Positions 7,501 to 13,300 of a DNA stretch of 13,300 nucleotides are shown in pieces; positions within the stretch are counted from its first letter, which is position 1, and the number at the start of each line of letters is the position of its first letter. The stretch spans positions 1 to 13,300 of the forward strand of contig NW_021826948.1 in the NCBI RefSeq assembly GCF_006345805.1. Reading direction: 5' to 3'. Made by a program: the position numbers and the translations under genes. The notes under the pieces are model-generated. The model worked only from the letters and a program-made list of their open reading frames with translations. It was not told the origin of the DNA and did no database searches. Source of the DNA: Octopus sinensis. Taxonomy: Eukaryota.

Positions 7501-7722
7501 CTTTTATATACGTATATATATATATATATATTTATGTATGTATGTATGTAGATGTGTATAGATATGTCTGTATGCATGTGTGCACACTCACAAACACATT
7601 CAGTATGTAGTGTATGTATATGTGTATGTGTGTGTGTGCGTATGTGTGTGCGCCCGTATATATTTATGCATGTTTAAATGTTTATGCATACATATTTATA
7701 AATACACACACACACACACACA
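7228..7722. repeat. Long (TA)n/(TG)n/(CA)n tract
   Basis: Directly visible. Confidence 0.95.
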
Positions 7723-7877
7723 CAAACGTCTACCAACGGCGGGAAACCATCACATGATCGCTTTTCTACCGAATGACATCACCAGGTTTGTTTGTCTTGT
7801 AGAGATATTCTTCTCGCTCACACGGTTACAGCAAATATTCCATCACGTTTAATAGCAGCAAATTGTATTAAACTTAC

Positions 7878-7936
7878 ACCTTTTCCGAGATTCTTTTGCG
7901 ACATCAGATTTAACTTTGATGATGTCGCTTAGTGCA
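7878..7936 (-). CDS. Candidate 59-nt internal exon (t-ALSDIIKVKSDVAKESRKR-t)
   Basis: Preceded on the minus strand by a ~40-nt T-rich tract ending gttAG|. Followed by |GTAAGT. Only one of three frames is open. Confidence 0.45.
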
Positions 7937-8204
7937 CTAACAAAAAAAAAAACAAAAAAAAAAAAAACAAAAAGAAAACAATCGTGAAATAACAATATTC
8001 TTGAGAAAATTTATACATCGTCTTTATGTGTATTTTATTTATCATATTTTCATTTATTTGTCTTTATATTTTTATCTGCCTTGCTATCTATTTGTCTCTG
8101 ATCGTCTCTTGTTAGTTTGTCTCTGTTAAGTTATCTATGAAGTCTGTCTGCCTGTCTTTCTATGTAACTAACACTTCTCTGTATTTACTAATATTATACA
8201 TGCA

Positions 8205-8210
8205 CATGTC

Positions 8211-8282
<72 letters not shown>

Positions 8283-8682
8283 TATATCATATATATATAC
8301 ATATATGTGAGTGTGTGTATGATATAAATTTATATCTACGATTGCATATGTATATATATATATATATATTATATGTATATATAGAATATATATATATATA
8401 TATTATATATATATTATATATATATATTAAATATATATATTATATATAGCATACACACACCGGATATGTGTATGTATATAAATATGTATGTATGTATGCA
8501 AGTGTTTGTATGTTTCTGTGTATGTGCATGTGTGAGTATTGTGCGTATGTGTGTGTGTGTACACATATATATATATATTTCAAATGTATATTTATGTATA
8601 CACATTAATTATTATATGTGTTTGCTTGTTATGTATGCACACATATATATACTTATATATTTACATGCATGCATATATATGT

Positions 8683-8727
<45 letters not shown>

Positions 8728-8928
8728 TATGTAGGTATGTATATGTGCATATATATATATATATATAATATATAATGTATATATATAGGTAGATAGATAG
8801 ATATAGGTATAGATATAATTGTGTGTACATATATTATACATATATATACACATATATATACATATATATATACACAACACATACCCCCACAATTATATAT
8901 ATATATACACATACCCCCCACCATATAT

Positions 8929-8960
<32 letters not shown>

Positions 8961-8975
8961 ATTATATATGTATGT
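8205..8975. repeat. Long degenerate (TA)n/(TG)n tract
   Basis: Directly visible. Confidence 0.95.
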
Positions 8976-9312
8976 ATAAAGTGAAAGGAGTTTCCAGAAC
9001 CGACAACAAACTATTCATTACATATATTAGAAGAAAGTACATTTAATAATATAGTCTGTTGTGCGATAATACATCGTACATGATGCGTTTCATATCCAGG
9101 GTTGCTATTGAACCATCCTCAGCCAATAAAAGCCGCTTTTACACAAATACCAACCTCACTCTTGATTTTCTTTTCCATCAGATTCATGGCGCGGACATTA
9201 TTCATTGCTTCGTTTTGTGACTTTGGTTCGCAAGCTTCTTGATGTGAATTCTTGTATTGAAACAAATGTTGTTGTCGTGTCTTGTGAGGGCCATTACCCC
9301 AATGATTACAAT

Positions 9313-9418
9313 AACAACACACGCACAGATTCAATTTCAATTCTTTATTGTTATTCAACTGAATAAACAATAAAGAAGTGCAATAAAGAATTGAAATTGA
9401 ATCTGTGCGTGTGTTGTT
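9313..9418. repeat. Perfect 38-bp inverted repeat with a partly self-complementary spacer
   Basis: 9313-9350 aacaacacacgcacagattcaatttcaattctttattg is the exact reverse complement of 9381-9418. Confidence 0.95.
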
Positions 9419-9480
9419 TATTATTGGCGCAATGACTCACTCACGACGCAACAAAATTCTACACATTATATATTAATAAA

Positions 9481-9876
9481 AAGCCGGTGGGCTGGCAGAA
9501 TCGTTAGCACGCTGGACGAAATACTTAGCGGTATTTCGCCCGTCACTAAGTTGAGTTCAAATTCCGCCGAGGTCGACTTTGCCTTTCATCCTTTCGGGGT
9601 CGATTAAATAAGTACCAGTTACGCACTGGGGTCGATGTAATCGAATTAATCTGTTTGTCTGTCCTTGTCTGTCCTCTCTGTGCTTGGCCCCTTGTGTGTG
9701 GTAAAGAAATAGGTATTTCGCCGGTCACTACGTTCTGCGTTCAAATTCCGCCGAGATCGACTTTGCTTTTCATCCTTTCAGGGTCGATAAATTAAGTACC
9801 AGTCAAGTGCCGGAGTCGATGTAATCGACTATTCCCCTCCCCACAAATTCCAAGCCTTGTGTCTTTAGCAGAAAAG
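9481..9876 (+). mobile_element. Dimeric tRNA-derived SINE (family C) inserted as one unit
   Basis: Monomer 1 (~9483-9710) has a full head (tggcagaatcg...gagttcaaattcc). Monomer 2 (~9712-9876) starts mid-head (ggtatttcgcc...gcgttcaaattcc). Both carry ctttcatcctttc(g/a)gggtcgat...aagtaccag. Exact 16-bp direct repeat attatatattaataaa at 9465-9480 and 9877-9892. Confidence 0.9.
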
Positions 9877-10254
9877 ATTATATATTAATAAATATTTCTG
9901 GGGTGAGTAACTTTCTTTTGGCTATTTAAATATAATGGGTGTTAATATCTCATAAAGCACGATTATGGAGTTGGATTTTAAATATATTTCTAATTGCTGT
10001 GTGACCATCAATATGGAAATTTAATGAAAGGAAGTTATGAAGATATTAATGGATGTAATGTTATACGGTATAGTGAGCTACCCGGATTGGCGGCATAAGG
10101 TTTGACGCTCACGTGAGGCCCTCTAGAATCTTCTCCATGTCCATGTTTTACCTGCTTGTGTTGACCTTCTATAGTTTAAACTTAACGTTAATAACCTTGA
10201 AGTCACAGTTATTGGTGAGCCTGCAAATGTCATGGGCACGATAGGATAGAGACC

Positions 10255-10472
10255 CATCCCGAGTCCTATAGATACATAGGGTTGGTTTCCGTGGCGTATA
10301 CATTTCCCTGGATGGGACGTCGGTCCGTCGCAGAGTTAATCATTTTTGCCAGCTGTGTTGACTGGAGCAACGTGAAATGAAGTGTTTTGCTCAATAACAT
10401 AACGCATCTGCCGGTCCAAGGAATCAAAACCGCAATCCTATGATAATGAACCACTAAGCCACGCACCTCCAC
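10255..10472 (-). mobile_element. SINE family B copy
   Basis: Minus gtggaggtgcgtggcttagtgg...ttttgattcc...gagcaaaacacttcatttcacgttgctccagtc...ggaaaccaaccctatg, colinear with 574-640 plus 915-1088. Confidence 0.85.
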
Positions 10473-10784
10473 TTCAAGGGTTATGGGCTCAGCCCCTTCC
10501 TCAAGGAAGGAAAAGATGGCCTCCTAGAAATATTTGGGAAGGCATAATGAGAGTTTGAGTTTCGGGAGGAAGAAGCTTCTAAGAATTCAAGAAGGCTGTT
10601 ATGTTTTTTCTTTAAGGAGGGGCCCGACAAATAGTCGTGAGCTCTTTGTTGGTAACGAAGGTCCCGGACCCATGTACCAGCTGAATCCTCCTCTCGTATC
10701 ACACCAACAAACCACGCGCGTAAATGCACAAGAAAGTTCTCAAAGCATATTCTTCAGCATATTTACTCCTACGTGTGGGTGTCT

Positions 10785-10842
10785 AGACAGACAGACAGAC
10801 AGGCAGGCAAGCAGGCAATCTGGCAGAAAGACAGACAGAGAA

Positions 10843-10896
<54 letters not shown>

Positions 10897-10923
10897 GCAT
10901 AGATAGATGCATAGATAGATAGG

Positions 10924-10956
<33 letters not shown>

Positions 10957-11050
10957 GGACGGACGGACGGACGGACGGACGGAAGGAAGGAAGGAAGGAA
11001 GGAAGGAAGGAAGGAAGGGAAGGAGGAAGGAAGGGAAGGAGGAAGGAAGA
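10785..11050. repeat. Compound tetranucleotide microsatellite (AGAC/AGGC)-(AGAT)n-(AGAC)n-(GGAC)n-(GGAA)n
   Basis: Directly visible. Confidence 0.95.
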
Positions 11051-11719
11051 GTGAGAGAGAGATAAAGTAAAATGAGTGTTTTATCAAAATATTTAATGAC
11101 CAAATTCTCGTTTCTTTTGCTTTGCTTATTTACGTAATCTGTGACATCATCTGCAACCAAATGACACTCTAACTACAATATGAGTCTTCCTTATAGTTTC
11201 CGTTTCGATATACAGGAATACACATAAAATTCTAAATATTGATTATATGTGCAATTCAAAAATTATATCGCCCTATATAAATTCACACACTCACACATGC
11301 ACACAACACCCAGACATAAATATTAGGGCATATGTGTATATGCATATCTCCCTTTCTCTTCTCATCCTTCTTTATTCCGTTTTTCATTCTTTGTTTCTGA
11401 TAAGTGACTTCCCACCGAAACGTCAAGACTCTTATTTTTTGCGTTAAAGTAATACAACATTTGCTAAAGCTTGTTTCTCTCGTATTGTCTTATTAATATG
11501 CCCATTGCTTAATATATATTATTGCTGGCCTGAATATGTCATTGACACGTCATCCTTTCAATGTACATTATTTTCACCTTCGCAACGTAGAATTTCCCAA
11601 ACGTAGGCGCGACTGAAATACCCTTAGCAAATCCGTCCTTCTCCAAAGTTTGCCCATACTCTCTCCAACTCTCAATCCTAAACCGTTGACCAGCTCAAGC
11701 CTATATTTTTAAAACACTT

Positions 11720-11903
11720 ATGTATTTTTTTGAGGGCGATTTGAGCCACCATTTTAGTATTTTTGCAACTGGCTAGACCAGCGGTTCGCAACAGCAACAC
11801 CCAGGACCGCATGTATTTTTTTGAGGGCGATTTGAGCCACCATTTTAGTATTTTTGCAACTGGCTAGACCAGCGGTTCGCAACCGCAACTCCCCCAGGAC
11901 CGC
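11720..11903. repeat. Tandem duplication, period 91 bp
   Basis: 11720-11792 is identical to 11811-11883 (73 nt), followed by diverged ends ...ccaggaccgc. ATG microhomology at the junction. Confidence 0.95.
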
Positions 11904-11989
11904 ATGCGGCCTTGAAACATCCTTCCAACGGCCCTTGGTCGTTTTTGTTTTACATCGAATCCAAAACTAGGAAATGTCCTTGCATGATT

Positions 11990-12163
11990 GCTAATGCACA
12001 GAAAAATGTCTTTGCATTTGATTCAAAATATGTGCGAAACACTCTTCAATGAACAAAATATTACAACCGGTTGACTGACAAACATGTCAACCAGTTCTTG
12101 CATTCTGCATCTTCCACGATGAACCCTCATTTTGACAAACTAGTTCAAAGTGGAAAGCATTAA
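11990..12163 (+). pseudogene. Frameshifted remnant of a hAT transposase C-terminal dimerisation domain
   Basis: ANAQKNVFAFDSKYV / CETLF / NRLTDKHVNQFLHSASSTMNPHFDKLVQSGKH* across frameshifts. Matches the Charlie/GTF2IRD2-type pattern FGSTYxCExLFS...RxRLTDxHL...PxFDKLV. Confidence 0.8.
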
Positions 12164-12246
12164 ATTCTATTGCCTAACTTCTTTTTTGTTTTTTTGTTAC
12201 AGTCTTACCTCTATAAATTTAACACATTTTTCAATGTTTGAGTTGT

Positions 12247-12632
12247 CTCTTAGTTGTTTCAATCAATAGACTGCGGCCATGCTGTAGCACTGCCTTGAGG
12301 AAATTTTAGTTGAGTTAATTGGCCCCAGTACTCTTTTTTTTTTTTTTTGAAATCTGCTATTTATTCTATAAGTCCCTTTTGCCGAACCGCTAAGTCGCGG
12401 GACCGCAAAATCACCAACACCACTTGTCAATAAGAAGAGAACACACACACACAACACACACACACACACACACACAACATATATATATACACGATGGGTC
12501 TCTTAGTTTTCGTTCACCCGTTGCAAGGTTTTGGCCGGCTCGAGTATATAGAAGACATTTGTCCAAGGTGCCACCAAGATCGAGTGAACCCAGAGCCATG
12601 TGACTGAGTGGCAAACTTTTTACTACACAGTC
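12247..12632 (-). mobile_element. Diverged near-full-length SINE family A inside the hAT element
   Basis: gactgcggccatgctgtagcac...gccgaaccgctaag...gtccaaggtgccac...tgaaccc...ccatgtg, colinear with 1799-2200. Confidence 0.85.
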
Positions 12633-12859
12633 GTGTTTTTTTCTTTGTTTTTTTTTTTGCATTTTCGCTTTTGGAGTGGGCCTCCTAAGAAAATCCAGGT
12701 TTTGGATTTGACCTGGATATTAAAAAGGTCAAGAACCACTGAGTTTAGGCTCTTTGTTATTGGGTTGATGACTTGTCAGTTCTTCCTGTGGAAGGACTTG
12801 ATTTCAAAGCATCGCGATATATTGCTCTTTGCAAAGACCTCAGGCACAAAACCATTGAA

Positions 12860-12948
12860 CACTTAGCGCCCAAACGCAGTGGATCCGAGCAGAAACCACA
12901 AGTGCTTACGAAGCGAACTTGTTAATCACACAGTTACGTCTGACGCCT
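12860..12948 (-). mobile_element. Highly degenerate family-A-like SINE head
   Basis: Minus aggcgtcagacgtaactgtgtgattaacaagttcgctt...ccactgcg...ctaagtg resembles aggcgcaggagtggctgtgtggtaag...ccactgcgtggc...gcaagtg. Confidence 0.5.
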
Positions 12949-13058
12949 GACGCCTGTCCCCATGACTGACTTGGAATTTATTTTCCGTTTAATTCGACGG
13001 TTGAACTCAGGCACTTAACGGCACAATCTCGCTGTTCTTTTGTATTTGCAATCTTCAG

Positions 13059-13116
13059 ACCAGAACCGCAGACAGACGATGCCAGCGAACGAGATCCATT
13101 GTTGCACAGACAATAA
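13059..13116 (+). CDS. Candidate terminal coding exon (x-PEPQTDDASERDPLLHRQ*)
   Basis: Acceptor tgttcttttgtatttgcaatcttcAG|. The phase-2 frame ends in an acidic cluster plus ERDPLL just before TAA (13114-13116). The other two frames are also open for a while. Confidence 0.4.
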
Positions 13117-13300
13117 GCAATATCGGTGTGGAATTTATCAATAGACAAAGCAAATGACTGGCAAAGTATTATTGTTCGGTTCACGTTGGAATATCCACAT
13201 TACGGCATACGCCAGCGTGCCTGCGTATGCTGGTGCAGAGTGAGGAAATAGACAAGAACGACAGCGGTGTTTAGTACGTGTGTAGGTAAGGGCAGAGGCG

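Larger units (their letters stand above)
11870..12741 (+). mobile_element. Internally deleted hAT (Charlie-type) DNA transposon with a nested SINE
   Basis: Left TIR cagcggttcgcaacc preceded by ggCTAGac (Charlie-type 8-bp CTAG-centred target) and followed by the subterminal ggaccgcatgcggcc. Candidate right TIR ggtcaagaaccactg at 12727-12741 (11/15 match). The right TSD is not conserved, so the right boundary is tentative. Confidence 0.65.

Noticed and set aside
1302-8924. Dozens of 60-130 aa ORFs rich in YI/IY/CV/HT/LSIY repeats
   Set aside because: They are translations of (TA)n, (TG)n and (TATC)n microsatellites, which lack stop codons in several frames.
10152-10220. Minus exon candidate (GSPITVTSRLLTLSLNYRRSTQA)
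   Set aside because: It overlaps an equally plausible plus candidate (10175-10214) and is phase-incompatible with the 7936 exon. Undecidable from sequence alone.

Overview
AT-rich, repeat-dense animal DNA. The SINE families and extensive (TA)n/(TG)n tracts match what I recall of Octopus genomes (inference, not a database result). Nearly all ORFs in the supplied track are microsatellite or SINE artefacts. What the sequence supports: (i) the probable 5' end of a minus-strand gene (TATA + Inr, 38-nt non-coding exon, ~1.45-kb intron, and an ORF with a signal-peptide-like start running off the left edge, missed by the ORF track); (ii) about nine copies of tRNA-headed SINEs from at least three families, including a TSD-flanked dimer; (iii) the 3' end of a HERO-like non-LTR retrotransposon split by a hAT MITE carrying further nested insertions; (iv) a hAT/Charlie element with a transposase C-terminal remnant whose left end is tandemly duplicated; (v) two minimal hammerhead-ribozyme-like motifs of the Penelope type; (vi) two long inverted repeats; (vii) several weaker candidate exons, including a plus-strand terminal exon ending in a dileucine sorting motif. 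No gene could be named.
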